Source of the DNA: Trichormus sp. ATA11-4-KO1
GTDB taxonomy: Bacteria > Cyanobacteriota > Cyanobacteriia > Cyanobacteriales > Nostocaceae
NCBI GenBank assembly: GCA_019358915.1
Contig: JAHHIM010000065.1
Location: 128,001 to 192,000, forward strand
DNA: 64,000 nt
Direction of reading: 5' to 3'
Position 1 is the first letter of the stretch. Every line of letters begins with the position of its first letter. Made by a program: the position numbers and the translations under genes. Below, in pieces: positions 49,901 to 60,934 of the stretch. Under the pieces are notes generated by a model. That model was not told the DNA's origin and made no database searches. It saw nothing but the letters and a program-made list of their open reading frames with translations.

Positions 49901-52164
49901 AAACCACCAATTTCCTGGAGAGATAGGTCTTCATCATTAACTGTCAGAGATCCTGATGTAATTTCTGCTAAGTCTGCAAATAAATCATTTTCATTAGCAT
50001 TATCTGATGAGACTATTAAATCTGGCTGATGGAAAGTCAGGTCAAAATCTTCTAGATCAGAACTTGTTGGAGGGGAAGGTATAGACTCCTGAGAGTTACC
50101 AAAAATCTCACCAGAAGCCGCAGCCGCAAACAAACTTTCTTCTAAGGCTTTTGCTACATCCTGCTCAAGTATAGAAGCACCTTGGTGTTGTTGCTCTGTG
50201 GCAATTTCCTGATTCCAAAAGTCGTTAACATCATCTTCTGTTTGAAAAGAGTCTATGGTGATTGCAGGTGATTCATCAAATAAATTACTGATTTCTAACT
50301 CATCAATAGACAGTATTGTATTTTCTGCTAAATCAGCAAACAAACCGTCTAAATTTAATATTTCAGGCTGAATGACGGTAGGCTGTGATTCTATGTGGTC
50401 ATCAAGGGAAATCTCCTCCAAGAGATTTGCATTATCAGTTTCTAAGAATAAGTCATCAGTACTACTTTCTTGCTTGATGGGTGCTTCAATATTGGCAATA
50501 GTTTCAGTTTCTGGTTGAGCTACTCCGCCTATGGATAGTAATTCATTTTCATCCAGTGCTAGTGCTAATAAATCGCTGAATAAATCCTTACGGTCAGTCT
50601 CCTGTAATTCGCTAGATATTTCTGTAATTTCCTGTTCATTTTCCACAAAATTTGTCGCGGATTTTTGTTGATTTTGTAGAACTGGATTTTCTCTTTCTAG
50701 GAAAGTGTCGCCAAATAATAGACTTAAGTCTTCTGTTGTAGCTAGGCTGATTTGCAAATCATCATTGCCTGTATTTTCATCAAAGGACAGAAAATCAGTT
50801 AAATCGCTATCACCATCTTCAATATCGCTGTCACTGATATCTATTCCCAATTCATCGACGGCGGTAATATCTAGAATTTCCTCTTCTTGCCAGGTTTCAT
50901 CTAGTTCTGGAGTTTCACCTTCAAATAAATCAGCAAGAGTATTTAACTCAGCTAATCCTACCTCTGGCCCGTTTTGGTCAAGATTTATATTGGTAATATG
51001 TATGTCTTCTTCACTGTTAAAGAAGGAAGAAGTAACGGCAATTTCCCTATCAATATTTTCTGCTGCTGCCTGATCTAGCTGAATTTCTGCGGTTAGTTCA
51101 GTTAAACTAGTTACACTATCTGTAGGCTGCAACGTGGTCAGAGGTAATACCTCATCTAGTGCGGGTTCTGTCACAGTAGGCTGGTCATCAAACAAGTCTT
51201 GAGCTTGTAACAAGTCAAGTTCTTGCAAGCTTAAGAGTGCTGCTAACTGCTGATTAATTGCAATCTCAGTTTCTCTACCTTGGAGAACTAATTCTTGAGC
51301 TTGTTTGATTTCGGTAATGACGATTTTGGCTAGGGTAAGATAAGTATTTTCCGGACTAGCGATCGCATTGGCGGCTGCTTGACATAAACTACACCAATTA
51401 GGCAAATTCCACGTTTGCCCCAGCCTAACTAACTGCTGACAACATTGTTGAAGATTTTGTCGAGATTCAGGTGTGGTTTTTTGTTTGAATAGTTGTAACA
51501 TTTCCCGCAGTGCTTGTAGCACCTGGGTTTGAAATTCACCCCAATGATCATGTGCTTGGGCAGTGATTGGCGATCGCTCTGACTGGGATACTACAGATAA
51601 TGGCACTTCTGTAGATGTCTGATCGCTATCTGCTTCCAGATCGGGAATATCTCGCCGCAGGAACAACTCAGTGAGTGTACTGACACTATCTGGAGGAATT
51701 GGTTGTAGTTCTGTTGTATCGCTGACTACACCATTAATACTTTGTTGTACCAGTATTTCTAAATGCTCATTTAGCCATTTAAACACTGGCTCAGTTTCAG
51801 ACATCAGAGTATTAGCAGCTTCTTCCGACAGACCAAACGGCCCACTCAAATGTTCTAATAGCACCTTGAGGGTATCAGATACACCGAGAAATAAAGATTC
51901 TAACTTTTGGTCAACCTGAACCGGATGTTCTTTGAGAACTTTAAAACAATCTTCCAGACGGTGGGAGGTGTGCTGGATGCTACTCAATCCCAGCATGGCT
52001 GCTCCCCCTTTGATCGAGTGAGCCGCCCGGAAAACTTCGTTGACCATTTCCGGGTCATTCAGGGTTCCTTGGAGATTCAGTAACCCTTGCTCAATCGTAT
52101 TCAAATGGTCTCTGGCTTCTTCAATGAAGTAACCTAAAATTCGCTGTTGTTGTTCCGGCAGCAT
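46972..52164 (-). CDS. hmpE: Hybrid CheA-like histidine kinase with receiver (HmpE/PilL)
   Basis: Hpt FRAAHSIKGGA, long acidic linker, NAIAHG, DDGAG, SGRGVGMDVV, CheW domain, C-terminal REC. Confidence 0.92.
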   Translation of the reverse strand: MLPEQQQRILGYFIEEARDHLNTIEQGLLNLQGTLNDPEMVNEVFRAAHSIKGGAAMLGLSSIQHTSHRLEDCFKVLKEHPVQVDQKLESLFLGVSDTLKVLLEHLSGPFGLSEEAANTLMSETEPVFKWLNEHLEILVQQSINGVVSDTTELQPIPPDSVSTLTELFLRRDIPDLEADSDQTSTEVPLSVVSQSERSPITAQAHDHWGEFQTQVLQALREMLQLFKQKTTPESRQNLQQCCQQLVRLGQTWNLPNWCSLCQAAANAIASPENTYLTLAKIVITEIKQAQELVLQGRETEIAINQQLAALLSLQELDLLQAQDLFDDQPTVTEPALDEVLPLTTLQPTDSVTSLTELTAEIQLDQAAAENIDREIAVTSSFFNSEEDIHITNINLDQNGPEVGLAELNTLADLFEGETPELDETWQEEEILDITAVDELGIDISDSDIEDGDSDLTDFLSFDENTGNDDLQISLATTEDLSLLFGDTFLERENPVLQNQQKSATNFVENEQEITEISSELQETDRKDLFSDLLALALDENELLSIGGVAQPETETIANIEAPIKQESSTDDLFLETDNANLLEEISLDDHIESQPTVIQPEILNLDGLFADLAENTILSIDELEISNLFDESPAITIDSFQTEDDVNDFWNQEIATEQQHQGASILEQDVAKALEESLFAAAASGEIFGNSQESIPSPPTSSDLEDFDLTFHQPDLIVSSDNANENDLFADLAEITSGSLTVNDEDLSLQEIGGFSQEPEALDFTPEFTNQPVFTQTLADLELDLFDSLDENPQILFNDTASTDNSTYIQLESVENLVEDEEAFFSDISFTEDLNLQESQSELELLDISVNANSTERTIEEIAEPDSLVIEVEQKALNSEADLLNTVANDTTINDITEITIEETEKPDLDTDSSAIETEQLALNLEAEYLTSETALVAESEAANLIPPEEVISVSVTAETTDAAATEQNNTDTYIQDEFAELEALLDAELAASSIPEEDFAALEALLGTDNDDEQASYTQQITPNTNQTVSQIIASADVDDEFSDLEKLLAEADQTISHSAPIKPNTSKIPRSSTRRTARFEETMKVPVKQLDDMSNLVGELVVNRNTLEQDHERLRQSLDNLLIQVQQLSDVGARMQELYERSLLEASLLASRKTKETKETTEISFHAEEADTDRGFSELEMDRFTPFHTLSQEMIEFIVRVRESASDIDFVTEETERVARQFRQVTTQLQEGLTRARMVPFSQAIDRLRRGVRDNAIKYGKQVELVIEGGDTLIDKMILDHLTDPLTHMLNNAIAHGIETPEIRQAGGKQPVGYITIRAFHQGNQTVISVGDDGAGIDSERVKVKAVQMGMITAEQAKTISRMEVYDLLFQPGFSIKDKADEISGRGVGMDVVRSEISEIRGIVNTDSTIGKGTTFTIRLPLTLSICKALCCVSDKARIAFPMDGVEDTLDIPVKNIQHNADGQSYISWRDTVLPFRPLKELLTFNRQLSRGNVYGGNRDDDMVSVVVVRSGNTLIALQIDQVLSEQEIVIKQFESPAPKPIGVAGATVLGDGRIMPIADVLEIIDIFQGRISKHSGSTSWQQQDIPNLPDTSAEKIDPTVLIVDDSITVRELLSLTFNKAGYRVEQARDGQEAWDKLRSGLPCDIVFCDIEMPRCDGLELLSRIQKDSSLNHLPIAMLTSRGADKHRQMAIQLGASGYFTKPYLEEALLEAAVRMLKGEKLVGTESK

Positions 52165-52240
52165 AATAAAAGTTCTGAGTGCTGAGTGCTTAGTGCTGAG
52201 TAATCAACCGTCATTTACCAATGATTAATGACTAAGTTAA

Positions 52241-55165
52241 CTATCGAGATTCGAGAGTTTCCACGCGGAAACGCTCAACAGAGGAAATCAAGTCGCGGGA
52301 AACACCTACTAAGAGTTGTAAAGCACCAGAAACTCGCTGGGCTTCTTGGGAGGTTTCTTGGGCTGTGAGTTCCACCGATTGCATAACGTGAGCGACGGCG
52401 CGGGAAGTTTCCGTCTGTTCTACTGTGTCACTGGTAATTGAGCGCACCAGAGTATCAATGCGATTCGCTACTTGAATGATATTTTCGAGCGATCGCTTGG
52501 CTTCTTCAGCCAGTTTTGTGCCTTTAATTACCTGTTGTGTGCCTTCTTCCATTGCGGTCATGACTGAGCCTGTTTCGCTTTGGATTTGCATGACAATCTG
52601 TTCAATTTCCTTCAAGGATTTGGCAGATTTATCTGCTAGCTGCCGGACTTCATCTGCCACAATGGCAAACCCACGCCCGGCTTCTCCAGCCCGTGCAGCC
52701 TCAATACTGGCGTTGAGTGCTAGCAAGTTGGTGCGGGAGGCAATCTGAGAAATTAACGCCACAATTTTAGAAATCTCTTGGGAAGATTCCGCTAGCCGCT
52801 TCACCTTACGGGTAGTTTCGGCTACAGTTTCGCGAATTTCTAAAATCCCTGCCACAGTATTTTCCACTGCTTCCCCACCTTTGAGGGCGATCGCACTGGC
52901 ATCACGGGCAACGGTTTCGGCTTCCCTTGCTGCTTCTGCTACCCGTTGAATTGAGTCAGTCATCACCTGCACGGAATTTAAGGTGACTCCTAACTCTTCT
53001 GCTTGGCGCAAAGCATCGCTAGATAATGCTCTGGCAAATGTTTCGGAGTTGGTTGCACCTCTTGTTACCTCCTTGGCTGCGACTTTTACCTGTTGAACAA
53101 TATCCCGCAAATTTTGGATTGTCAGGTTAAAGGCATCGGCAACGGCTCCGAGTACGTCGGCTGTCACCTCAGCTTGAACTGTTAAATCCCCTCTGGCCGC
53201 ACCTTCCACGTCATCCAACAGGCGAATTACTTGACGTTGGAGATTTTCTTTGGCTTCTTCTTGTTCATCGGCTTTGCGCTGGGCTTCATGTGTAGTCGTA
53301 AAAATTACACGGGCCATTTCATTAAAGCCTGTAGCTAAATGCCCTAATTCATCTTCGGAATACACTGTAGCTTGCACATTGAGATTACCTTGGCGGACTG
53401 CATCAAACTGAGCTTGCAAATCCTTAGTGGTGCGGCGAATTTGCTTGAGTGTGAGATTGCCCATCAAAGCGGCGGTGCTAAAACCCGCAAGACCCGCCGC
53501 TAGTGACATCGCCCAGCCTGTGTTCCGCACTGATTCTCGTTGTTCGGGTGGAGAAAAACTGGTGGTGGCAAAGCTGACTGTGGCTACAACTAGCGCGGAA
53601 AAAACACCCACAGTACCAGCAACGAACCAGGGTTTCACATCTAAGGGGGCATTTTCTAAAGGTGCTAACCAGCCTTGCTCAATGCTGACGTTGGGTTCTA
53701 GCTTAGAGACATCTGTTTGGGTAAAATTAGGAACTGCTTCTTGAGCGCCAGTATGTGAACCGGTAATGGAAAACAGTTCATCATCGCGATTCCTGTGGAG
53801 CGCTTCGCTATCGCTAGTTTCGTTACTTGGGTTAATCTCAACGGCTTTACTTTGTGGATTACTACCGGTTTCTAGTGAACTAGAAAGCATAGCCACGTCA
53901 CTGAAGCTAGAATCTGTTTCTGCTAGATCAAATCCAGGAATATTCCCTAAATCATCAAACTCATCAAAGTCATCTAAAAACTCTATATTACTTTTAGAAC
54001 TTTCAGCTTTTAAGAGATTATTTGTATCTTCTTCAGAGCCAAAGGCAGATTCAAATGCTTCGAAATCAAAAGCTTCATCGCCGTCAAAGTTTTGTGTCTC
54101 TACCTCTATTTCAGTGTTAATCTGTTGCTCTTTCCGGGAATAATTCCCATTCACAGATGGGGATATTTCTGGGAAATTTTCCGTAATTTCTATTTTCTCT
54201 AACCAATTACTCGGTTCACTAGGAAGTAGATTATCTTGACTGCTGTTTCTCAAGTTATTGGTTGTTGCTAAACCATTTTTGAGATTTTCTTTATCTATGA
54301 ATAAAGTTTCATCTTCTGGGCTATTTCTTGGCAATTCAAGATTTGCCCCACTTGGTTTTTGATGATTTTCTTCCTGCAAAAGCTCAGGCTCAGGTTCCCA
54401 GATATTGCTTGTTGATAAATTAACTTCTGTAAAAGTTGTATCAACACTATGAGCGGCACTTTCGTTATCTGATAAGTCGCTGCTAATTTCTGGCTCGTTA
54501 AAACTTGCTTCGGCAATATCTTCTTGCCAGAAAACAGGTAATTCTAATTCAACTGGCTCATTTTCACTATGGTCATCAGACTTTTGCTCGTTTTGATTCA
54601 CGGCAAAAGGATCTTCACTAAAAGTTGGGGTAGAATCTGGTGTTTGATTAAATGAAGTACTGTCTGTGATAGTTCCAAATGGATTACTTAGGGATAGTTC
54701 TTCTACATCCACAGATTCCCCAGAAGCATCAAAGGAATTTAAATCAAAGCTGCTGCTATCTAAATTTTCTAACACCTCCAAACCTTCTAAGTCTGGTGTA
54801 CCAGATTCCAGAGCATCATTCATCTCTGTAAAATTTATTGGCTCTTGCTGATGATTTTCTTCAGCCGCCACCTTTTCCTCTAATGGCTGTTGGTATTGAT
54901 TGATGTTTTCTAACCCATTATTGGCAAAACCAAGTATTTCTGGATCATCAGACAACTGCAAAACTTTCTGATATTCTTTTTGGGCAATATCATACTGCTG
55001 CAACACGTAGTAGATGTGACCCCTTAACAAATGGCAGTTGGGGTCATCTGGTACATTTTTTACTACTTCGTCCACTAAAGTGGCGGCAACTTCATAGTTT
55101 TGTTGCGCGTAGGCTGTACAAGCCTGCTTATATGTTTCCAAGTAATCGTTTATACTTGCTGCCAT
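52241..55165 (-). CDS. hmpD: Methyl-accepting chemotaxis protein with N-terminal TPR (HmpD/PilJ)
   Basis: TPR start, acidic linker, 2 [37 protein letters not shown]. Confidence 0.92.
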   Translation of the reverse strand: MAASINDYLETYKQACTAYAQQNYEVAATLVDEVVKNVPDDPNCHLLRGHIYYVLQQYDIAQKEYQKVLQLSDDPEILGFANNGLENINQYQQPLEEKVAAEENHQQEPINFTEMNDALESGTPDLEGLEVLENLDSSSFDLNSFDASGESVDVEELSLSNPFGTITDSTSFNQTPDSTPTFSEDPFAVNQNEQKSDDHSENEPVELELPVFWQEDIAEASFNEPEISSDLSDNESAAHSVDTTFTEVNLSTSNIWEPEPELLQEENHQKPSGANLELPRNSPEDETLFIDKENLKNGLATTNNLRNSSQDNLLPSEPSNWLEKIEITENFPEISPSVNGNYSRKEQQINTEIEVETQNFDGDEAFDFEAFESAFGSEEDTNNLLKAESSKSNIEFLDDFDEFDDLGNIPGFDLAETDSSFSDVAMLSSSLETGSNPQSKAVEINPSNETSDSEALHRNRDDELFSITGSHTGAQEAVPNFTQTDVSKLEPNVSIEQGWLAPLENAPLDVKPWFVAGTVGVFSALVVATVSFATTSFSPPEQRESVRNTGWAMSLAAGLAGFSTAALMGNLTLKQIRRTTKDLQAQFDAVRQGNLNVQATVYSEDELGHLATGFNEMARVIFTTTHEAQRKADEQEEAKENLQRQVIRLLDDVEGAARGDLTVQAEVTADVLGAVADAFNLTIQNLRDIVQQVKVAAKEVTRGATNSETFARALSSDALRQAEELGVTLNSVQVMTDSIQRVAEAAREAETVARDASAIALKGGEAVENTVAGILEIRETVAETTRKVKRLAESSQEISKIVALISQIASRTNLLALNASIEAARAGEAGRGFAIVADEVRQLADKSAKSLKEIEQIVMQIQSETGSVMTAMEEGTQQVIKGTKLAEEAKRSLENIIQVANRIDTLVRSITSDTVEQTETSRAVAHVMQSVELTAQETSQEAQRVSGALQLLVGVSRDLISSVERFRVETLESR

Positions 55166-55181
55166 TTGCTCCCTCCCAATT

Positions 55182-55712
55182 TCATCCTGCCCACCTTGCA
55201 CTCCGCAAAATTGCCATTTGATCGAGCAGCCTTAAACACTGATTATTTTTAGCACCTAATAACCACTCACCACGCAAAAAGGGAGCCATAGTATCTGGTA
55301 GATTGGTTGGTGGCATGAGATGCTGTACATCCAGCCAATCCATACCACCAATTTCCTCTACTGCTAAGCCCACTATTGTGTCTTGCTCTTCAATAGCAAT
55401 CACCGGAATTTCTGCTCGATCCGTGTTTAACGCGGTTGCTTCGCCAAGAAATTGACCCAAATCAGCTACCCAAATTACTCGACCTCGTAAATTTAGAGTA
55501 CCCAAAAGTAAGGGAGAAGCATTAGGAATCGGGGTGATTCTATCAGGACTTAATTCCATGACTTCTCGAATACCAGTTGCGGGTAGTGCAAACTCCTGAT
55601 GCGAGGGAATGTAAAACCGCAAATGTAACTCACCTTCAGGACTTTCTACTTGTAATTCAGGGCGAAAGTGATCTTGACCACTACCACTTAAAAAGTCCGG
55701 TTTGCTGACCAT
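55182..55712 (-). CDS. hmpC: CheW-like adaptor (HmpC/PilI)
   Basis: ITPIPN...[16 protein letters not shown]. Confidence 0.92.
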   Translation of the reverse strand: MVSKPDFLSGSGQDHFRPELQVESPEGELHLRFYIPSHQEFALPATGIREVMELSPDRITPIPNASPLLLGTLNLRGRVIWVADLGQFLGEATALNTDRAEIPVIAIEEQDTIVGLAVEEIGGMDWLDVQHLMPPTNLPDTMAPFLRGEWLLGAKNNQCLRLLDQMAILRSARWAG

Positions 55713-55725
55713 ATTGTTTTCATCC

Positions 55726-56091
55726 TTATCCTCGCAGCAGTTGTTTGACTGTTCCCACCAACTCGGTTGGTTGAAACGGTTTGGCTATGTAAGCGTCCGC
55801 ACCTTGCTTCATTCCCCAGTAGCGGTCAAATTCTTCGCCCTTGGAAGAACACATCACTACGGGGACATTTTGAGTTTTTGGATCGGACTTTAACCGACGA
55901 CAGACTTCATAGCCGTTCATCCGGGGCATGACAATATCCAACACCACTAAATCGGGAGGGGCAGTTTGAATTGCCTCTAGTGCTTCTACTCCATCACTGG
56001 CATGGGTGACTATTAAGCCACTTGCTTTCAGGAGGTCTGTAATCATCTCCCGTTGTGCGATACTGTCTTCCACAATCAGAACTGTACTCAT
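55726..56091 (-). CDS. hmpB: CheY-like response regulator (HmpB/PilH)
   Basis: VED, LDIVMPRMNGYEVCR, WGMKQGADAYIAKPF. Confidence 0.92.
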   Translation of the reverse strand: MSTVLIVEDSIAQREMITDLLKASGLIVTHASDGVEALEAIQTAPPDLVVLDIVMPRMNGYEVCRRLKSDPKTQNVPVVMCSSKGEEFDRYWGMKQGADAYIAKPFQPTELVGTVKQLLRG

Positions 56092-56263
56092 AAATACCTA
56101 TCTACCTCCTGATGTAGACGTTCCTTTTTGGAACATTCCCTGATACCCCATAAAGATTTAGTGTATAAATTAGTTTTATGTTTTCACTAATGTACTAGAT
56201 ATTAACGTTGTACTGGAGTTAGCTGATTCTGTGATAACATCTTTTACTCGATATTTTATGGAA

Positions 56264-57487
56264 TCAACAAGTCTTATATTTTGTTTGTGTCCCAACACAA
56301 GATCGGACGTTTATATATTTCTCTACGAGCGTGAGTAACTCAGTATCTCCAAAAGGCTTTGTTAAATAATCCGTCGCTCCGACCATAGTCGCCCTGACTC
56401 GATCAATAAATTGGTCTTTACCAGTTAGCATGATAATCGGGGTATTTTGAAATGCGCTACTGTGTCGCAGCATGGCACAAATCTCGTAACCATCCAATTC
56501 CGGCATGGCAATATCGCATAAGATTAAATCTGGTTGGAGTGGAAAAATCAGACTAAGTGCTTCTAAGGGCTTTATGAAGGCGATCGCTTCATACCCCTGT
56601 GGTTTTAAGATAGACTCTACAGTTTCACCGATAGTCTTGGTATCGTCAATACATACTACTCGCACCTTGTGCTGGCTATCCACTTCTGAATATTGAGTGG
56701 GTAACTTCAAGTTAGATGTAGCTGAGTATACTAATTGCAACCAGCCCTGTTGTATGTATGGATATATAGCCTTGGCGACTGTCAAAATATCTCGGTTGAG
56801 ATGACGAGCTAGTTGACGCAGGGATTTTTTCCCATCTGCCCAATGCTGTAACTTATTTACTGTTGCTGCTGGCAGTGAGGATTGTAGTTGCACTATATCA
56901 GCGAGCATCGGCAATTGTTCAGGAGACTGAATATGCGGATAAAGCTGTTTCCATTCTTGTATTTGTTGCGTAATTTTGGATACTATAGGGTCAATTTCCC
57001 AGCTGGTTAATTGCGGGGTCAGAGTCGCACCCTGGTGGAAAATGAAACTACCCTGGTGTAAACTCAGCAAATCAAACAAAGTTTCATAAACCAAGCTGTG
57101 GACAATACTATGAGCTACCTTGGGGTTGATGATATTTCGCTCTAGGAGTGCCCAAAGATAGCCATACTCTGGTACGTTCTGTGATCCTAAGGAGGCAAGT
57201 TGCTGTTCATCAAGTCTCATCTCGACTCGGTAATGACGTAAGTAATCGTCAATTCGCGACAAATTACTATCACCTTCTTGGCAATAGATAATTTGACCGT
57301 TGAGGAAAAAGACAAACCAAAACTGTTTTTTACAGTTTCCGGTTTGGCGGTGTTTGGCTGTCTCGTGTTCTTTGAGTTTGTCACTATTGTGAAAGCAGGC
57401 TTCCACTAAAAGTTGCCCAGTTCGCTGTCCTAACTCAATCAATTGCAGGATACTGCGAATATCAATTTCGGTTAAATTTCCCTGCAT
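56264..57487 (-). CDS. hmpA: PatA-family response regulator (HmpA/PilG)
   Basis: MQGNLTEIDIRSILQLIELGQRTG PATAN start plus C-terminal REC; first gene of the cluster. Confidence 0.85.
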   Translation of the reverse strand: MQGNLTEIDIRSILQLIELGQRTGQLLVEACFHNSDKLKEHETAKHRQTGNCKKQFWFVFFLNGQIIYCQEGDSNLSRIDDYLRHYRVEMRLDEQQLASLGSQNVPEYGYLWALLERNIINPKVAHSIVHSLVYETLFDLLSLHQGSFIFHQGATLTPQLTSWEIDPIVSKITQQIQEWKQLYPHIQSPEQLPMLADIVQLQSSLPAATVNKLQHWADGKKSLRQLARHLNRDILTVAKAIYPYIQQGWLQLVYSATSNLKLPTQYSEVDSQHKVRVVCIDDTKTIGETVESILKPQGYEAIAFIKPLEALSLIFPLQPDLILCDIAMPELDGYEICAMLRHSSAFQNTPIIMLTGKDQFIDRVRATMVGATDYLTKPFGDTELLTLVEKYINVRSCVGTQTKYKTC

Positions 57488-57886
57488 TTAGCTTAAAAGC
57501 TCTCCTGATCATCCCGTTTACATTCTCTGTTAATTTTGCTCATCAATTTTTTATGTTTTTAGCAGATGAATAACGTATGAGTACTCAAAATATTATTTCC
57601 TTTACAACTATTCCAGATCAGGGAATACATTTAGCTATAAACTGTAAATTTTCGTAATAGATTTTGATAAAGCTAGTGATCACACCGAAGTCATCATCAC
57701 TGTCATCAGGACAAAATATAAGGGCGTATCCAAATCGTATCTATAAATATCAAGACGTTTATTCCACGTCTATAAATAGTTTTGTCTGTCTTTTTTCCTC
57801 ACTTTAGGTGAAATAAGACCAGTTAACAGAATTATCTCAGGTATATTCCCCAGCCCGGACATTAAGTACACAAGAGGACGAACGGT

Positions 57887-59647
57887 GTGCTGTATTTAGC
57901 AGAAGTACAAAAGCAGAAAGGCGGCTTACTCAGTGGTGGTGCTAAAACCGAACTAAAACTGCTAGCGTGTCAGCGAACCGACCAGAATTGGAGTACTGTG
58001 TCGGAAGAAGTAATTGCTGCTGAGGACGCTAGCAAACTAAATGATGGCGCACTAGTACTAGTGGAACTGAATCCAAATCGTCAAGTGCAACGGATTCAAG
58101 AAGCAGGCCGTCCACTAGTTAACATTTTGCAAAATTTTTCCCGTCAGTTGGAAAAATTTAAGCTCAAAGAAGATGAAATTGATCAGTGGAAGGAGTCATT
58201 GACATTTCAGGCGCAAGAGATGAATCGCCGGGAAATGGATATGGAAGCTCGCCTAGAGCAGTTGCAACAAATGGAGGAAGAATTTCAACGCCTGGAGACG
58301 CAAAAACAGGAAATTGAGACATCTCATGAACAGATTTCACAGTTGCAAGCTGAAATTGAGCGTAACCGTCAGGAACTAGAAGGAGCTTGGGAACATTTGC
58401 GGGGTGAGCAACGCCGTCTTGAGGAGTGTCAAGCAGACTTCCAACAAGGGATGGTTTTAGATGAGGAGCAAAGTCGGGTGATGAGCGAGTTACTTGACCG
58501 CTTGTCTAATAAGGTTGCACCCACGGAAACCGTCAGAGAACACCTGAATTTGGCCTTTGAACTAGTGGAAACCCAGCAAGCTAATTTAAACCCACATTGG
58601 GAAAAACTAGAGCAGCAAAAAACTGTAGCGACTCAACAGCAAGAAGAAATTGATCGTCTATGGGAAAGTTTTAGCGATCGCCAAAATGCATGGCAACAAG
58701 CACAAGATTCTTTAGAACAACAAATAGCCCAATTAAAAATAAATACCACAATTCTTGTTAGCAAAGAAGATTATGTTCGGATAGTCAAAGAACAGTTGCA
58801 ACATCAAGAAGAGTTGCATCAACAAATTCATGCTTTAGCTGCTACTTCAGGTAATGTGGTTCTGAGCCAAAAAGTTGATGTAGAAGCTTTGGAGAAAATG
58901 CCTCTAGAGGAACTACAAAAGATAGTCCAAGACTTGCTAGATAAGTTAGAAATAGATTCTACTTTTGTCCAAGATCAAGAACAAGAACTGAAATATAAGC
59001 AAGAAATTATAGAAGAAATAGAAAATAAAATTAAGGAAGCACCCGACCAAGACCAAATCAATTTGGAAATGGAACTTGCGGATGAAAAAGACCTATATCA
59101 AATGTTAAATGAAACTTTGGTAGGGCAACGCCGCAATTTACTACAACGGCAAAAGTTAATTAAGCAACATCAAAATATATTGCTACGGCGACAAGGGCAG
59201 ACTGTTAACAATACAGAAGAAAATAACCAAATTGATTTTGGTCCAATTCTTTTGCAAATAGAAACTCAACGACAACAACAGTCGCAGGAATTGCAAAAAC
59301 TGGAACATGAAATTGAGCAGATGCGTGCTGCCATTGAGATGGATCAAGGGATGATTGACAATCAAACCCATGATCAACAAAATAAGCAGCAAGAACTCAA
59401 GGAGATAGAGGAAAAGTTATTGTCTCTGCGAGCAACAACGACTGAATGTTGGGTACGGGTGAATCTCTATCAAGAGACACTACAACCAATTCAGGATACT
59501 CTAGAGAGTCTACGGCATAAAATACAAGGAATTGCCGATTCATTGGCTCAAGTCCAAGAAACGGGTGATTATCAACTCCAAACTATTAATGAAATGCGTC
59601 AAACTCTCCAAGGTTTGATGTCTCAGCCAGAGTTGTTAGCGTCCTAA
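57887..59647 (+). CDS. hmpF: Pilus motility/taxis coiled-coil protein HmpF
   Basis: MLYLAEVQKQKGGLL...ELKLLACQR N-terminus, long coiled coil, divergent from the hmp operon. Confidence 0.9.
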   Translation: MLYLAEVQKQKGGLLSGGAKTELKLLACQRTDQNWSTVSEEVIAAEDASKLNDGALVLVELNPNRQVQRIQEAGRPLVNILQNFSRQLEKFKLKEDEIDQWKESLTFQAQEMNRREMDMEARLEQLQQMEEEFQRLETQKQEIETSHEQISQLQAEIERNRQELEGAWEHLRGEQRRLEECQADFQQGMVLDEEQSRVMSELLDRLSNKVAPTETVREHLNLAFELVETQQANLNPHWEKLEQQKTVATQQQEEIDRLWESFSDRQNAWQQAQDSLEQQIAQLKINTTILVSKEDYVRIVKEQLQHQEELHQQIHALAATSGNVVLSQKVDVEALEKMPLEELQKIVQDLLDKLEIDSTFVQDQEQELKYKQEIIEEIENKIKEAPDQDQINLEMELADEKDLYQMLNETLVGQRRNLLQRQKLIKQHQNILLRRQGQTVNNTEENNQIDFGPILLQIETQRQQQSQELQKLEHEIEQMRAAIEMDQGMIDNQTHDQQNKQQELKEIEEKLLSLRATTTECWVRVNLYQETLQPIQDTLESLRHKIQGIADSLAQVQETGDYQLQTINEMRQTLQGLMSQPELLAS

Positions 59648-59697
59648 AAAGTGCTGAGTGCGCTTGTCCTGAGCGAAGTCGAAGGGGAGTGCTGAGT

Positions 59698-59843
59698 AAA
59701 AATACTTCTCCAACTCTCATTCCTCCGTGTTCTCTGTGCCTCTGCGGTATGCGCTACGCGTAAAGCCTACGGCATAGCTGCGCTTAAAGCGGAGCTTTAC
59801 GCTTTAGCGATACGATTCTTCCGTAACTTGTGCGTAAGTCCTA
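59698..59843 (-). mobile_element. Second copy of the 38613-38728 MITE-like element, one end missing, with a nested palindrome
   Basis: Reverse complement reads GGACTTACGCACAAGTTACG...CATACCGCAGAGGCACAGAGAACACGGAGGAATGAGAGTT. Confidence 0.75.
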
Positions 59844-59899
59844 TGAAGGTTGAAAGGCAAGCCCACAGGCTAACGGGTGCGGCTACCGCAAATGAGAAC

Positions 59900-60895
59900 T
59901 TAGGACTGTTTCCAGCAAATCCAATCGCCTTGAACTTGAGCGATCGCACCACCGGGAAATGGATCGGTTTGTGAACGGTTTGGTGCTAAAATCAGGGCTG
60001 TCAATTTTTCAATGTGTTCAAAACTGGGAGCATCCCTCAGTATTTGCTGTAATATTTGTCGCATTACACGACGCTGCAAAGCCAGTGGTGCTGTCTGCAA
60101 TACTCGTCTATTTAACCTGAAATGAACCCTATTTTCCCCACTCTCTAGTCCTTCTTCTATCACTTCTTCCCTCAATTTTTCGGCTGCTTGCTCTAAATAT
60201 TCCACCTCGACTTGCAGTAATTCTGCTGTCTGGGCTAGAGCAGATTCTACTTTGGGGTTAAAATTTGTTTGCAAATAGGGAATTAACTCTTGGCGGATGC
60301 GGTTGCGGGCATATTTGACATCTTGATTGGTGGAATCTTCCCAAATTGGTAAATTAAACTCTTGACAAAATTGCTCAGTTTCTTTTCTAGTAATCTCTAA
60401 AAGTGGACGCACTAGTAAAATATCTCCAGTCAGTGGACGTTGCCAAGTGAGTGCTTGCAAACCATCAGCACCAGTACCACGCATGAGGTTGTAAAGGAGA
60501 GTTTCGGCGCGATCGCTGGCGGTATGTCCTGTAACAATATACTGGTAATTATTTTGTTGAGCGATCGCACTTAAAGCTTGATACCGCCAATTACGCGCCG
60601 CCGCTTCACTATTTAATGGCTGTGTTGCGGTTTCTAAATAAAAAGATACACCCCAAGTTTTCGCTAATTTTTCTACATGATGAGCATTAGCTTGAGAGTC
60701 GCTACGCCAGCGATGATCACAGTGGGCAATACCTAAATACCAGCCCCATTTGGGTTGTAAATCTAACAATAATTTGATTAAACACAGAGAATCTTGACCA
60801 CCAGAAACCGCTACCAATAATCTTTGGTTGCGCTCACATAAGTGGCGCGATCGGATGGTACGATGTATTTTTGCATGTAGGGCAGTCCATACCAT
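59900..60895 (-). CDS. tilS: tRNA(Ile)-lysidine synthetase
   Basis: VAVSGGQDS, EAAARNWRY, HTASDRAET, RPLL, DSTN, RNRIR. Confidence 0.96.
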   Translation of the reverse strand: MVWTALHAKIHRTIRSRHLCERNQRLLVAVSGGQDSLCLIKLLLDLQPKWGWYLGIAHCDHRWRSDSQANAHHVEKLAKTWGVSFYLETATQPLNSEAAARNWRYQALSAIAQQNNYQYIVTGHTASDRAETLLYNLMRGTGADGLQALTWQRPLTGDILLVRPLLEITRKETEQFCQEFNLPIWEDSTNQDVKYARNRIRQELIPYLQTNFNPKVESALAQTAELLQVEVEYLEQAAEKLREEVIEEGLESGENRVHFRLNRRVLQTAPLALQRRVMRQILQQILRDAPSFEHIEKLTALILAPNRSQTDPFPGGAIAQVQGDWICWKQS

Positions 60896-60934
60896 TTTTG
60901 GTGTTTAATAGTTGTCATTTGAGATATAGCTAAC

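Noticed and set aside
49133..54851. Ser-rich + strand ORFs (e.g. 49133-49744, 50705-51073, 53766-54143)
   Set aside because: Antisense reads of the acidic linkers of HmpE and HmpD.
41991..59697. GTGCTGA and ATTACGA heptamer runs (about 41991, 42103, 52175, 59651)
   Set aside because: Ordinary STRR-type short tandem repeats of heterocystous cyanobacteria.
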